Source of the DNA: Psammoneis japonica
Lineage: Eukaryota
DNA: 56,353 bases
NCBI GenBank assembly: GCA_008632985.1
Contig: QPGO01000319.1
Location: forward strand, 1 to 56,353
Direction of reading: 5' to 3'
In this document: one piece after another, positions 33,803 to 47,508 of the stretch
How the letters are laid out: each line of letters starts with the position of its first letter
How positions within the stretch are numbered: position 1 is the first letter of the stretch
The notes under the pieces: generated by a model
What the model was told of the DNA's origin: nothing
Databases searched by the model: none
The model's input: only the letters and a program-made list of their open reading frames with translations
Program-made: the position numbers and the translations under genes

Positions 33803-36800
33803 ATGATTGGGTCAAAGGTTAGAAAGGTACGTCCGAGCTAGTTTAGTGCTGTGGGGACTGTGGAGCAAACGAATATGAAGGATTTCTCACAGAGCGGAAA
33901 CCCTCTCATCTCTCATTCATGTTTCCTTTGAAACGTATCTTTTGCAGTTCTTTAAGGGCCACGGCTATTTCGAAGGCACTGTCGTGTCTTACAAGGAATC
34001 CCTCGGTTATTATCTGGTTGTATACGAAGATGATGACGAAGAAGAGTTCACCGAGGAAAACCTACGGAAATTCCTGGTGGCAGATGATGATGATGCACCA
34101 GCAACGAGTGAAAGAAAGCGAAAAGCGGCGCAGAGCAAAGCGGTAACCGAGGACATGGAGGAATCGGAAATGTCTTCGGAGGAGGAGGAAGAAGAAGATG
34201 ACGAGTCGGACGAGTATTCTTACGTGTCAGATGCTTCTGCTGATGATCAAGACGAAATTGATTTCGAGTCCTTCATTGACAAAGAAGCTAAAACGTCGAC
34301 TCCAACGACGCCAAAACGAGTAGCCAGAGGCCGAAAGCCCGTCGCAGTTACGCCGTCTCCATCGTTGTCCCGTTCTACGAGTACGGTCAGTAGCTCCTTT
34401 TCTTCCAACAGTATTGCTCAACGTGGCCTACCCCGGGGTGCGCTTGGTCGATGCGCTCGTACAGGATTCACCATCCGAGCCCTCGAAAGCATTGCACCTC
34501 TAGTGGAATCATCAAGCTCAACCGCTACGCGGACTCCTCGCAAGCAACGAAAAGTAAGAAATGTGTCGGATCCACTGGCTGGACAGATCATGGTGATTGC
34601 TGCCGACGACGAGGGATTGTGCCCCGCTGAATTAGTCGGAAAGTCCTTTAATTCGGGCAGTGATCTTCACAAGGCCTTGGCGAAAGAACACCGTGGTGGT
34701 AACGCCGACAAGGCTTGTTTTGCCACGTATGAAATGGAGGCTATGGCAGATCCTGCCTTTGCACCGTGGGGGTTCATACAGGCTCGGCTTTCTTCGGCGG
34801 GACTCGACACCAAAGACACTACGCCAATGGCGGTAAAGATTAGCTACGATGAAGAAGAGGGGAGAATCGATGGCGATGTCGTGTGGTACGGTGACGCAGA
34901 GAGCGACTTTCATCTTGAAAACGACTTGGATTGGGCTTTGATTGAAGGGGACCGTCACTCGGACATTCCTCCTGTCCTTGTTGGCGTGCCACGGTCACTC
35001 CTCTACACCAAGCCGACAGAGACGGCACAAGTCAATATCGTTTCCGCAAGTTCCGAAGATATCCTGGAGGAAGAAGATGACAATGAAGGACGCGGTGGTG
35101 GTGAAAACGACCTCTTGCCCCCACCGTCAAACCATGTTGCTCAAATTCGTCTGCCGGCCTCCCTTCTTCAGAAATCCATTCGTCGCGGTAGGGGTATTTG
35201 TTCGCCAACCCCTCTCCTTGAAGCCTGCACCAAGCTCTTGCATCCGGATCATGTTCAACCAGGATCTACCTTGGCCATGCTCAAGGCTGTGTGGGGGTGT
35301 ATGCTTGTGGATGCTGCACCATTTCAGGAAGCTACAGGTTGTGCCGGTCTGGACACTCTTCTCCTACTCTCGCTGATTGCAAAAGCTGATCCACAATGGA
35401 GCATGCCGCCAAACATGCGTCGGTCTGTTATTTCGGCAGCGCTTAGAGCAGCATCTTCCACTCCGTCTCAACCTTGGGTAGGATATGTAGAGAGAGATGA
35501 GAAGTGGTGGGAACTTGAGTCGACGAGTTCTCTTACGGACGACGTTTTGAAAGCAACCAAGCTCAGAAACACTCTAAGGGCTACCCAAGCCGCAGCCGGA
35601 GGACGTGTCGCTTGGGGCCAGTGGAACAAGTTTGTCGGAGACACTTCGGCGGCAGCGGCCTTGGCCTATCTCAACCACGAAGAATGGGACGGTTCTCAGC
35701 TCCCCGCCCCTCCGGAGGCTAATGCCAACGAGGCTTCCCTGCTGACGGCTTGGGAACAAGGCAAATCTTTTTCAATCCCTACTGAGCCGCGGCTACAGCA
35801 TTTGGACCATGAGTGTCGTCTTTCGGCAGTGGAACCCACAGTCTTTCCGTACTCGCTAGTGCTTTTACAGGCAACGCTTGAAAACCCACCTTCTAGTTGG
35901 AAGAAGCACAGCTTGACTTCACTCGCAAGGCAGGTTCGAAAGTTGATATCCGAGGTGAATCCAAGAACACGCCAAAGAGTTCAGCTAGCTCGACTTGCCA
36001 CATGGGGAAAGGATAGCCCAAACACAAGGTCAACAACAGAACAGGACCAGAGTGAGAATGCTGAGTCCTACAAATCTTTCCGCGAAGTTGTGACTCCTAC
36101 TGGTACGTTGTCGGATGGCGAAACAGAAATTATCGACTGTTTCGAAGCAATCCAAAAGTTGCAGCTAGATCAGCTTGATGATGATACCGTTAAAGTCGAG
36201 GGCGCGGCAGATAATTCGACCATGACGCATTCAGACGAATCAGGTTTTCAATCATGCCTCCGGGTCAAGGCCGGGTCACCTCCTACTGCCTCTGATGGGA
36301 GAGTAGCGTTTCTGCTAGCATTTGCTTCTGCAGTCGAAATTGAGGTCGTCCCTGACCCAAAATCGCCGTCTGCGAAAGAAACTGTAAGCGTCATGTTTGC
36401 GGGAACCGAATCAGAACCACTTCTTGTTCAGCGCATTGGCAAAGCGCGTAAAGAAGGCCAAGAATTGGCAACCGCGGGTGGATCCTCCTCCGGTGCCACT
36501 GCTGTACCTTCGCTAGGTTATGTCCAACGTAACCGTTCTGTAGAAGAAAGCAAATTGATGGCAGCAGCAGAAGCTGAGGTTGCAAGAATGTGGGAAGGAG
36601 GAAGATCATTTTCATTGCCGATCCCTCCTCCCAATTTTCAGTGGGACCTGCCTCAAGTTGAGGCGCATGCTACAAGTAGCTGGGAAGATGCGGAAAGAGA
36701 TATACCTAGAACTGCAAAGCTTCTCGACGACGGAAACGGGAACAGGACTTGGCACTTCAGCGTTGGAGGTGTTGTGGTTAAACCATTTGATGCTCGCGCC

Positions 36801-39800
36801 GTAATATCGCCTTGTGCGCTAGACTTTGACGATGATTCTCATCCCGCAGTTCTTTTAGATCATGAACGAGATCGGCTACTGAGAATTTCTCTGTACGTTA
36901 AGGATGAAGAAGGCTCGGCAACTCCGCTCCCGCGTGGAGGGGAAGTGCTTGATACCATGTCTGCATTGCACCTGCTTGCGAACTCTACTAGAGCAAACGC
37001 GCCCAGCGAGGGCGTAGTCTTCAACTGGATGCCACTAGCATATGCAAGTGTCCTCCCTGCTCGAACTTGGCGAGACGCCCTCCTTGCTATTCGAACAAGA
37101 GATCGAGATCATGTTTTGCTGGGAAAAGGCATTCGAGCTGATGGCGCTGGCGCAGCTCGAGACATGACAGAAGGGGTGCTGGTGCGGCTCTTTCATGCCC
37201 TTGAAATGCTGTACCCCACGGCGTTGAGAAAGGAAGGTGCAATGAAATTCAGGGTTCGGCCAAGAGGTGGGGCGTACTTTCATATGATGGTATGTCTTGA
37301 ACGATTGGGACGCGATGGTCGTGAATTAGTCGCTGCCGCTAGTGCTCTGGAAAGTGATACGGCGAAGTCATCTACAGCAACTCTGAAGTCCTGCGGTTCA
37401 ACTGCGCTCGAGGAACATTCACCTCGCAGACGGCCTCGAAGACTTGCAGCTATAGCTGCCTCAAAGAAGGCTGCGTCTCAGCTTCAAGGAGAAGAAAATG
37501 GTGATGGCGCTCGGCCACGGAAACGCTTGAAGAGAGGTGACGATGATTACGACGATGCGTGCGCTGATATGGAGGACGACTTGAACTCTAGTGACGAGGA
37601 ATGTGGAGAGGATGACTGGCTTCCGATTCCGAAACTCAAAACCAGTCTCTGGCCGCATCAAGAGGCTTCAGTGTCAAAGGTATTGGAGGGAGTACGAGAA
37701 GGGAAACGAGGTCATGCGGATGCCTCGGCTGTTGGTTCGGGAAAGACGCTCACAGCCTTGGCGACCATCACTCGTCTTGCCAAATTCATTGAAGAGACGG
37801 GACGCTCGCGTCATGGTGTGCTTGTGATGTTGCCGACGAAGGCTCTCATCCGAGAATGGCTTTTGGAAATCGCGACTCATACAGAAGGTTTCAATGTCAG
37901 TGAACAGAGGGAAGACGGAAGTCTTTTCTCGTTAACATATGGCAAATCGGACCCACCTATCGACGGCAATGCTCTGGTCATATCGACCCTCGATCGTGTC
38001 TGCCGTCACCCATTTGTACGACAAGTGGCGTGGGACTTTGTTGTAATTGATGAGTGCCTGGCGGTGCAAAACGCTGCAGCCAAGAGGAATCCATCGGCAT
38101 GGCGTCAAATCGAGATTTCGACGTGTGGCTGCCTTATGTTGTCAGCGACTTTCTTCCGTTCCAAGTTTGACTCCTTGTTTTACATGATACGTATGCTTCG
38201 TTCTCCTCTTCCTAGGACAATGGAATGGCTGCCCGCCACAATCCATGAGCACATTGTCTGCCATGTCCCAGAAACTGACCGAACGTGGCAGCTGAAAGGG
38301 GAGATGGTACCGCTGAATCCACCGGATCTGAAAGAATATAGGGGCATCATTGAATCGTTCCGTCGCAGACAGCTTAACGAACGGGGGAACGTCGACGGTA
38401 GAACGCTATGGGTCGACCTTGAAGTTTTCCTACGGTCAAAGTACGAAGGCCGCGACACCAGATCGACGTATTGTGCCAGGTCCGTAATGAGCGATGCGTT
38501 TGCTAAATCAGCCAAGGGTCTGCTTGGAGAAGGGCGTCGTCCTCTCATTTTTGCTGACACGTCCCAGGAAGCAAGCTTCCTCGTTCGCACACTCTGCTCG
38601 GCGGGTCTTGATGCACGCTCGTGGGCGGATATAGCGTCTGAGAGGGTGGCATCTTCCGCCAGTAAAAGCAAGCAGGTCGAAAGCAACGGCAAGAGAGTCA
38701 TAGTAGCTGTCAAATCGATCGAGGGACAAGGTATCAACATGCAAGGTCATGCGGATGCTATTCTTTGCAGACCGACACCAGGGGATCACCTCGAACAGAT
38801 GAAAGGAAGAATCGATCGTCCCGGACAAAGGGCAAAGGACCTCATACTCGTGGTGCTCATGGCGGAGCACACCATCGAGGAAGCAAAGTTTGCGAATATC
38901 CGGCTGGCTGGAAATTTCTTCCGCGAGCGCTTAGCTCCAGTTGCATCGCGCTTCCGTGAACGACTAGACCTCGAAGCGACCATGGCTGCGGCGAATGGGA
39001 AAGCTAAGCTGAAGCGAGGTACCGTGAGTAGCACGTGGCAGCGCTTACTCGAAAAAGCAGGGCAATCTGGCGCTTTTGCAGAGCAAGACAAAGCTCCGGA
39101 TGACGAGGCGTCGAATAAAAGTGGTAACAGCACGGAAGTCGCTCCCTTGCTAGAAAACACAGTGTTGTCAGAAAAGAAGGATGATTGCGATGTGAGAAAA
39201 CCCAAAGCAGAACCCAAGTACAAACCGTTGAACAAGGTGATTCGAAATAAAGGCGATCCTCTTGCTGTCCGAGAGGCAAAGGCGCTTGCTAAAAGCGGGA
39301 GGGCGTCACGAGTCGTTCGTCAGTGGCTGTTTCCTCTAAAAGCACCTGTGACTGGACTGGCACAATTTTCCTTGGAGAGATTTTCCGACCAAAGCCCTCC
39401 CTTGGTCCTTGACCGCGAGACAGTCCAAAAGGCTGTGACTCATCTTTCGAAAAACTGTCCAAAGCTCGCCACCCTAATTGCCAGGGTTGGTGCAGACGCC
39501 CTTATCAACGACTGTGGGACTCCGAAGGCCCCGACACAAGCGAGCCTGTTTGATCGATGCTTGAGAGCAATAACATTCACGATGGTATCTGTGGATGCCG
39601 GCAATGCATTTCTTCGGCGACTTGCGATCAAGCTGGGAGTATGCATCGAGAACATGTCCCCAACTCGAAGAAAGCAGCACTTGACAAACTATCTGAAAGA
39701 TATTCAAGAGGCAGGCGACAGCGAGATTGAAGATCCACATGATTTGTTGAATGTTCTTCTGCAAGGATACCACAATGAAATTGTCTTCTCTCACGAACTC

Positions 39801-40454
39801 ATCGGAGAACTCGTCGACACCTGCGAAATTATTGATGGGAAACGGACGGGGTACCCGGTAAGTCTTGTGGAAGGGTACCAATTGTGTCGTCAGCGAAAAG
39901 TGCGCTTACCCTTCATTTCCTATGTGCATTAGCATCTTTGTGGCGTTTCTTTTCCTTGCGGCAAAAGTGATGATCCCGCGGTTTTTCTGCAAAAGGCTCG
40001 TGATCATGCCAAAGGAGGAACCGTGCCAGTCAGTGCCGGATTTTCGTCCCCAAAGGCTGGGTTTATCGTTTCTTTGGTGCAAGATTTCGTTTCTGGCAAA
40101 ATATCTGGCGAAAAGATTGCCAAGGCCTCGGATCGAGATGCAGCCAGAATGCTGATGGATTTGAAAGGCATTGGCGACTGGAGTGCCGGTGGGGTGCTGA
40201 TGCATTCGCTGTGTCGCGCTGACATTATGCTGTACGGCGATTTGACGGTTCGCAATTACTTGAACGACTTGTATGACATCAACCACGCTGACTCTTCCGA
40301 AACGTTATTGGAGTCTGCGGCCGATTTTGGTGACACCCGACAGAATCGCAATCTGATTGATGATGTCAGCAAGAAACATGGATGGGAACCGTATCGATCT
40401 GTTGTATGTCTCCTTATGTATCACTTGCAGGAAGAGAACTTGGTGTTGTTGTAG
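33803..40454 (+). CDS. ~2150-aa Tudor-like + SNF2-type ATPase + AlkA/HhH-GPD DNA glycosylase fusion, 3 exons
   Basis: Exons 33803-33826, 33948-39857 and 39933-40454 (GT-AG, in frame). Tudor-like IGSKVRKFFKGHGYFEGTVVSY...YLVVYEDDDEEE. Helicase motifs SAVGSGKT, VIDECL, LSAT, GQGINM, QMKGRIDRPGQ. Glycosylase motifs AVTHLSKNCPKLATLIARVG, LKGIGDWS (HhH), GDLTVR (catalytic Asp), WEPYRS. Confidence 0.88.
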
Positions 40455-40825
40455 TTGTTGTGTCGTCATCGCCTCAACAATCTGATCCGAACAACACCCC
40501 GACGGATGTGACCGACTTGCGGAGGATGTGCTCGTTACTTTGTTAAAAATAGTAAGAAGGGTAGCACCCACGCACTAGGCGGCAGAAACTGTTTCTCGTG
40601 GCATCTCCGATGATTTGTTGGGGAACCAACTTTTGATTTTGCGAGCATGTGCATCCCAGCGTGAGGCATGCGCTTCGCACTCTAGAATGAAAGGAGTCTT
40701 TTTCTTGATGCGTCTCTAGATATTATGGGATGACTCTCTACCTGATCTTGCTGTGCGACGACCCTTGCTTTTCTCGGGCCTTTTCAAAAGTCGCTTTTCC
40801 GAATAGTTGTGGGTGGAATTGTCTT

Positions 40826-41278
40826 CTAATGGATTCTTTTGGATGTGTCTCCGCTGCCTTTTCTCCGTTGTGGCGATTCCTTTCGTCTCTTGGTGTGTTT
40901 CGACTTTGCTTCTTCTTCTTCTTCCTCAAGTGCAAGCAGCTCGTCTAACGAATCGTGCTTCCGATTTCTCGTGATACTTGAACGGCGGCGGGGTGGGTTC
41001 TCTTCGGACAGGTCGTATAGATTTGCATTGTCACAGAGGCGAATTGAATCATGGGGTTGAATGTTTCGGGACTGAACGGTTTCCCATCCCTTTCGTAATG
41101 CTTCCTCCTCCCGGTAAGTAGCACCGATGCTGTGTTCTCCGAGTTCGTCGTCAAACATCTCGATCGCCTCCTGCAGGACTGTTTCGTATGCTTTGATAAA
41201 TGTGGACCTGGACATGTCGGGAAACTGTTCGGAAGAAGTGGTTGTATGTCTTTGCTCTTCTTGATATTGTGAGACCAT
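40826..41278 (-). CDS. Small hypothetical protein
   Basis: ORF from MVSQYQEE with charged, protein-like composition. No recognisable domain. Confidence 0.4.
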   Translation of the reverse strand: MVSQYQEEQRHTTTSSEQFPDMSRSTFIKAYETVLQEAIEMFDDELGEHSIGATYREEEALRKGWETVQSRNIQPHDSIRLCDNANLYDLSEENPPRRRSSITRNRKHDSLDELLALEEEEEEAKSKHTKRRKESPQRRKGSGDTSKRIH

Positions 41279-42062
41279 GGAAAAGTATGTACGAGTAAAA
41301 GACAGAAGAGTGTTCTGGAGAGAAGCGAACTGTATGGAGTCGTAGAATCGGAATCGATGTTCTTCGACTTGATTTTGTGGCACTGTTTCGTGTTTCCTGT
41401 GTCTGACGGCACCGTCACGTGACTGAAATCTGTGGTCGAGTTCTGCTTGCGCAGCTTCCCCACGATCAGACGAGACATATGCCCCTTCTTTTCTCCTAAA
41501 TCACTGAATTGTCGTATTGCCTACTCACTTGAATATCATATAACGTTCTCGACATGCTCTCGACATGATCAGCGTGTCGTGACGACGAAGCACATGCCTG
41601 CGCGCCACAAAAACGGGATCAAACGTCAAAACGCGACCACTGCCGCAAAAGAGGTTTCATGGAGAATGTTCCCCTATCAAAAGAATGATTTCGTTCCCAT
41701 CAGCAATTGCGGCATTGAAACAAGAGCCCTCATCACTCCTGGTGGTTGCCTACTAGTAGACTTCTTGTTGTGCCGTGAGAAAAGCTGCAAGCGACCGTAC
41801 CGTACATACATACATGCCGTTCCTCCACCGTCGGTAAGCACGACCGACTATGACTGATTCCGTTCGTGTGTGCGCGCCATGCGCCACCGCAAAAATGCCG
41901 CCACCCGCCACGTCTGCGTCACTCATTGACTTGCGCGACCATGAGATTTCAGCATAAAAGCGTGTCACGTTGCAAGTAGAGTGGACCACGGCAAGAGAAA
42001 GCGCCATCTGCTGCGATCGTCGATGATTTCTCTTGTTGTAGTTATCGAGCGATAGTTTTTGA

Positions 42063-43385
42063 ATGGGAAACAAACCTCCATCACAAGCCGCCCTGGCTGT
42101 TGCGGCATACATTCCCACTCTCACGGGGTCTCTTTCCGTGTTGGGCAGTTCCGCAATTATTTCTTCGATACTGAGCGAGCGAGAAACCAAACTGGGAAAC
42201 CCCCAGAATCGCATCTTGCTGGGCCTCTCTTTTTTCGATGTGATTTACTCCTTCAACAAGGCCATTCTCTTTCTCACGTATCCCAAAGGAATTGGTTTAC
42301 CGGGAGCCCAAGGCAATACGGCAACTTGTACACTGCAAGGCTTCTTGACACACTTTTCATACCCGGCAGGAACGTACAGTGCTGTTTTGTCGATTTATTA
42401 CTATCTCAGTATTTGTCACGGAGTCAAATCAGAAGTCTTTGGAAAGAGAATTGAACCATTTTTACATGCTTTTATCATCGTCATGTTTTTGACGTTTGCG
42501 ACTGTGAGTGCGTCTATTGGACTCTACAATCCCACGGGAGCTTTTTGCTTTATTGCTCCCTATCCCACACGATGCAATGCCAATCCCAATGTGGAATGCA
42601 CTCGGTTTGGGGACAGCTTTGCTATTTTCTATCAAATGTTTGCACAACTATGGATTCAATTGAGTTATGTGATTATAACCTATACCAATTTGGCAATTTG
42701 GCTTCGCGTGCGACGGCAAGAGCAAACGTGTAAAAAGTATTCCCGCAACATTACAACCTCCACGACTGTCAAGATCAAGAGACGTAACAAGCACACACGA
42801 CGAGTGGCGGTACAATCCTTTCTTTACGTTGCTTGCTTTTTCTTGTCGTGGTCTTTTGTGACGGTGTACCATCTCGTGAATTGGATTGCGGGATACTCGG
42901 CCTTTTGGGTATTGCCCGTGATCAACACCTTGACGCCACTGCAGGGTTTTTGGAATGCATTCATCTTTGCAAGACCGCGCTACCTTCGAATCAAAAAGAG
43001 CAGCGGTGGTGAGAAAAATCTTGGCTTTTGGAGAACAATAAAGTTGGTCTTTTTTCCAACCACACAGAAACCAACAAGCTGCGAGCGGCGCACTTCATCT
43101 CTCATGTTGTTTCGTTGGTCATCCATGCGGTCGTCTGTGCGGTCATCAAGCTTACCGGTTTCAGGGGGCTCCAACAACAAGCAACTCTGCAATCCATCCA
43201 ATGTTTCCAGATCAACCGCTCAAAACCAAAGCACAATAATGGAATCCGTCCGAGAGGAAGGAGTAGAAGAAGAAGAGGACGCACCAAATGGCACAACGGA
43301 ATGGCTGCAGCCAATGGCTCACGTCGAGGATGCAGCAGATATAATCGAAGATGAAATTATTGACGTGGATGTACAATTAGAATAG
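42063..43385 (+). CDS. 7-TM GPCR-like protein (cAMP-receptor/Git3-like)
   Basis: Seven hydrophobic helices; GSLSVLGS, RILLGLS, CTLQGF, PLQGFWNAFIF; S-rich tail. Confidence 0.88.
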   Translation: MGNKPPSQAALAVAAYIPTLTGSLSVLGSSAIISSILSERETKLGNPQNRILLGLSFFDVIYSFNKAILFLTYPKGIGLPGAQGNTATCTLQGFLTHFSYPAGTYSAVLSIYYYLSICHGVKSEVFGKRIEPFLHAFIIVMFLTFATVSASIGLYNPTGAFCFIAPYPTRCNANPNVECTRFGDSFAIFYQMFAQLWIQLSYVIITYTNLAIWLRVRRQEQTCKKYSRNITTSTTVKIKRRNKHTRRVAVQSFLYVACFFLSWSFVTVYHLVNWIAGYSAFWVLPVINTLTPLQGFWNAFIFARPRYLRIKKSSGGEKNLGFWRTIKLVFFPTTQKPTSCERRTSSLMLFRWSSMRSSVRSSSLPVSGGSNNKQLCNPSNVSRSTAQNQSTIMESVREEGVEEEEDAPNGTTEWLQPMAHVEDAADIIEDEIIDVDVQLE

Positions 43386-43535
43386 AGGGGGATGCTTTTA
43401 TGTGGGGATGCTTTGTTATAGATTCATTTTTATTTGCAACCTGTACGCAGAAACAAGAGAACCAGCTCAAAGTAGGAAAACTGGAAACTTTCATCTACTT
43501 CAAAAGGAAACTGCCGTGAGTACGAGTACTATCTA

Positions 43536-45288
43536 CTAGGTTATAGCTAAGATTTCTAGCTGTTCGTCGTCTTGCTGTGACTCTAATTGTTGCTCTTGCT
43601 GTTTTCTCTCGGCTGCCACTAGACCATGTTGTTCTTGAAAGAAGACCTGACCCCGTCGATACACCCCAATGATGTAAAGAAGCATGGACATGCCGATGCA
43701 GAAGTAGCCCGCAAATGCAATGATATAGAATTGCTCGGGGGTATGAAATATGAGCCCAAGACAGCCCGACCCCATGGTAAAAAAAGAATTGAGTGACTGC
43801 TGGGTGCCCCCAATTAGACTGCGCACTCCATCCGGAACCAATTCTTGGTACAGCAAGGTGACACTAATGTCAAACACCCACAAGCCAATTCGACTCGCAG
43901 CTGTACTAGCCACAAGCAAGTAGACGCTGGTAGGATTGTATTCCTTCTGATCGTCTTGTGGTATCAAAAAGGAACTACACGCCAGAGTGAGGCAACCAAA
44001 GAGATACACAACGCTCCAGGCGCCTGTATTGACAACGGTGGTGCGGCTGGCGGAAAAACGATAGGCAAAGGTCCCCGCAAGCCCAATCGCACTGGAAATA
44101 CCCCGCCATAATCCAACCTGTTCCACCGGCATGCCCTCCCATAGCAGAAAGGTCGTCATGGCACCTCCAAAGCACAAAGCATTAGCGCTCATAAAGGCAA
44201 GACTCAACCCAGCCCATACAATGGGTTGCTTCCAATAGACACACAACGAAGAGCAGTTGTCGTCGTCATCGTTCTTGTTGTCACTGCCATGTTGTGATTC
44301 TTGCTGCGGTATACTAAGCACGGCCAACGCAGGTACCAAGCGATAAACGCGAATCGTACAGACATACTCAAAGAAGAGAGATGTCACGCACAAGACCCCC
44401 ACCAACAGAGCAGCCGAGTGCAAATCACAAAACCGGTGTCGACTAGAAGAAGAACTGCCGAGACTCACAATCCATCCTGCAAAGGCAGGTGAAACAACCT
44501 TGCAACTCAAATAGATTTGCCGCAGGGTGACATTGGTCTTGCTGAGCCACGCCTCTGGTTCACTGGTCTGTTGGCTCAAGACGACAATCCAATCTCGTTC
44601 AATCGCCACCACAAACGATTGATCGAGCAGCATGGCGAGCGATCCAAAATGTGAACCACCACCAGTAGTAGTATGGACAACCCATCATGCGGAATGTGAG
44701 CGCTTTCCGTAGTAGTATCGCATTATAGTTGGGAGAGTGCTCCGTTTTCGTGAGCAGCCAGCAACAAGCCAGGGTAGCCACCAAGACGGCTCCGTTCTCG
44801 ATTCCAATACAGAGCCGGGCCGCTTGGAGGCGGTTGGTTGTATCCAACCATTTTCCGACGGGAGCTCCAAAGAGCATTAACGTCACATAGGTCGTCAGAT
44901 AGTACGAAGAAACAATCAAGATCGATTGATAATGGGAGACTGCCGCCAGAAACAACACCACTGCAAATGCCCAGGCGCACTCGGAGAACTGTGAGACAAA
45001 GTGCGAGACATAAATCAAGCGCTGGGCTAATCGAACATTGGAAGGGACAAGTGGTAATGTGTGTGTTGCATTATCCTGTTCTTGTGTCTCGTCTTCCGAG
45101 AAAGATCCTTCCGGACTGATACTCAGCGATTCATCCTGGGTCGCCTCGAGTTGTTCGTCGTGCCCATCGACTGTCTCATAGTCGGATTGTGGTCCCTTGA
45201 ATTTCATGGTCGTGGCGTACTTTACACCCAGTAGAGGCGAATCTTCGGTGTTGATGCTACAGCTACTCTCCAAACTCGTCAACGACAT
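43536..45288 (-). CDS. Ferroportin (SLC40/IREG) family iron exporter
   Basis: IYVSHFVSQFSECAWAFAVVLFL, VGKWLD, VAIERDWIVV, SRIGLWVFDI. Frameshift(s) near 44640-44710. Confidence 0.9.
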
Positions 45289-45510
45289 TCGATTGATAGG
45301 GTCTTGACTTCTAATGCAATCCCATGCCCATGGCCTGATAGATTTGAGAGCAAAATGAGAGCAAGGCCTTTTGCCCGTCGTCGTGATGAGAATAGCCTAA
45401 AGAGCCTCAGGCAGAAATGATGGACAGACCGACCTTACCCATTTCGATCGATCAGTGGCCTCGCGAGCTCAGCTCTCTAATAGAGAGATTAGGCTAAGGG
45501 CCCTAGCTCC

Positions 45511-47225
45511 CTATTTTAGTCCTCGATGTGCATGCGTCTTCACGTATTCATGAAATGCTTGCTTGGCAGCATCAATCTCTCCTTGTCGTCGTCGTGAGGC
45601 AAGCATGTAAATGCCAAGAGTCGTCGCTGACGCGGCCAGACCCCACACGATATTGCCATTCCCACCTTGGCTGCTTGTTGATCGACCACTTGACTTGTTG
45701 CCCGCTATTCCGATTCCAAATGCATAAGACACACCACCAGCTATAGCCGTCGAGAATGATGCGAGACGCACCACTTGGATCAATTTGGACCACTTGGAGG
45801 ATGGCACTTGTGTCCACTCGACGGGCCCTCGCTTGCCCTGATCAATGTGCACCTCCAATCCTCCACCATCAACAACACTCGGCAAGACTGTCACGGTTGT
45901 TGCCATACCAAGGAATTCCTCGTACCGGAGGACCCGCACCAAAGTCAATCTTGTAATAGGGATTGGTTACTTGCCAGTTCCAGCCAATGCATCCCGGGAT
46001 GCCACCGAAATTGGCATCTCCCACAAACTTGTTTTGATACAATACCAATCTGTGTCTTCCAAGTAAACCTTATTAAAGGCCTTGATCAGCAAGGCCAATC
46101 GTTCTGGTTGGAGTACGGTTCTCATGGAGTTATGGATTCGTTCTTCAATGGATTCGTTTTTTCTGACGACGATCGCATATCCATGGCAAATTCCGGCATG
46201 GTGACAGCATTCCCCGCGACGCGGTCCGAGACACCCGGCAGTTTGTTTCGTAAATTGACGGCAATCGATGCTCCCACACAGACCGTTGTGACGGCGACAA
46301 TCCTGCCGCATCCAAAAGAGCTGCCAAACATGTGACAGCATGGCCTCGTTGGTGCTGATCCAAAACGATGAGTCATTATTCTTCTTCTTCTGTAGCAGCA
46401 TGTTTGCTTTGGCTTTGATTTGGTCCACTTGATCCTGGTGTAATGCAAAATCATTCGCCGAGGTGTCTTGCCAATGCGTGGATCTTTGGGTCCCATGCCC
46501 TTTGGAATAAAGTATGTAAGGTATAGTGGAATAATCTCTGTTTGATCCACGACGGACATTTCTCCATACCACAAGCTTGAGCTGCATCATCGGCTTGTTC
46601 CAGAGTCGGAAAGGATTGTACAAGCACACTGGGAAGTTCTGAAATGACCGGTTCAATCGTGTTGTTGTTGAAAATACTAGACCAATCTTTTATGAATTGA
46701 GCAAACGTCCAGGCATCCGCGACAATATGATTCATCACCACACCCAAGGTATATCCATCCTCAAAATTCGTAACCGTCACGGTCAAGAGAGGCGCCTTGC
46801 CTTGAACTTGATCTCCTGGAGAGGGAATGTGACAATACGGAGGACCCGTGGCTGGTTCTTCAAGAGCAATAACATCTCGAATACTGCTAGATGTTTCTTG
46901 TTGTTGAACCGAAACCAAATTCCTTGATTGTTCAAGTGTACTCGTTTTCCGTCCGAGCACAAACGTCCCGTCAAGGTGGGATAGTAACCCAAGACTTGTT
47001 GTAGCGACTCTTTGAGTTTCTCAATAGCTTGTATGCTCAGAGGCTCTTGTCGAATATATAGACAAAATCCAAATTGGTGTATTTGAGAATGCACCGAAGG
47101 ACAATCGCCGTGTCGATATACTCATCATTCTTGTTGTTGTGGGAAGAAGCAAGCGGCGGCGGCGGCTGACCTCGGATGATTGTCAGACCCGCATCATTGC
47201 TTACCATCGATACGTCATTAGGCAT
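45511..47225 (-). CDS. BAHD/CAT-like acyltransferase with a C-terminal membrane segment
   Basis: LKESLQQVLGYYPTLTGRL, HXXXD motif (NHIVADAWTF), STNEAM, AVNLRNK...GNAV, and NFGG (DFGWG-like). Split over several ORFs by frameshifts. Confidence 0.78.
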
Positions 47226-47508
47226 CTCGAATAATGATCTGGAAGTATGTGACTGTTGATTGTGGGTGGGCGACGGCGGCATGGGCATGGTGTGTCGGAA
47301 CTTTTTGTTTTTTGTCATGGTCGCAAAAAGGGCAGTCGGACGGATGGTCAGGCAGACGCTTAACCCTCAAAGCACATTCGCTCAATCTCGATCCATTTTT
47401 AGCGTTGATGGCTTTGATGGCGCCATGATGAGCCATGGCCGGTGTGAGTTGGAGTGCGGTTCGCCATAGGACCTCTGTATTTCTTGTCGTATAAGTTGCT
47501 CACTCAGT

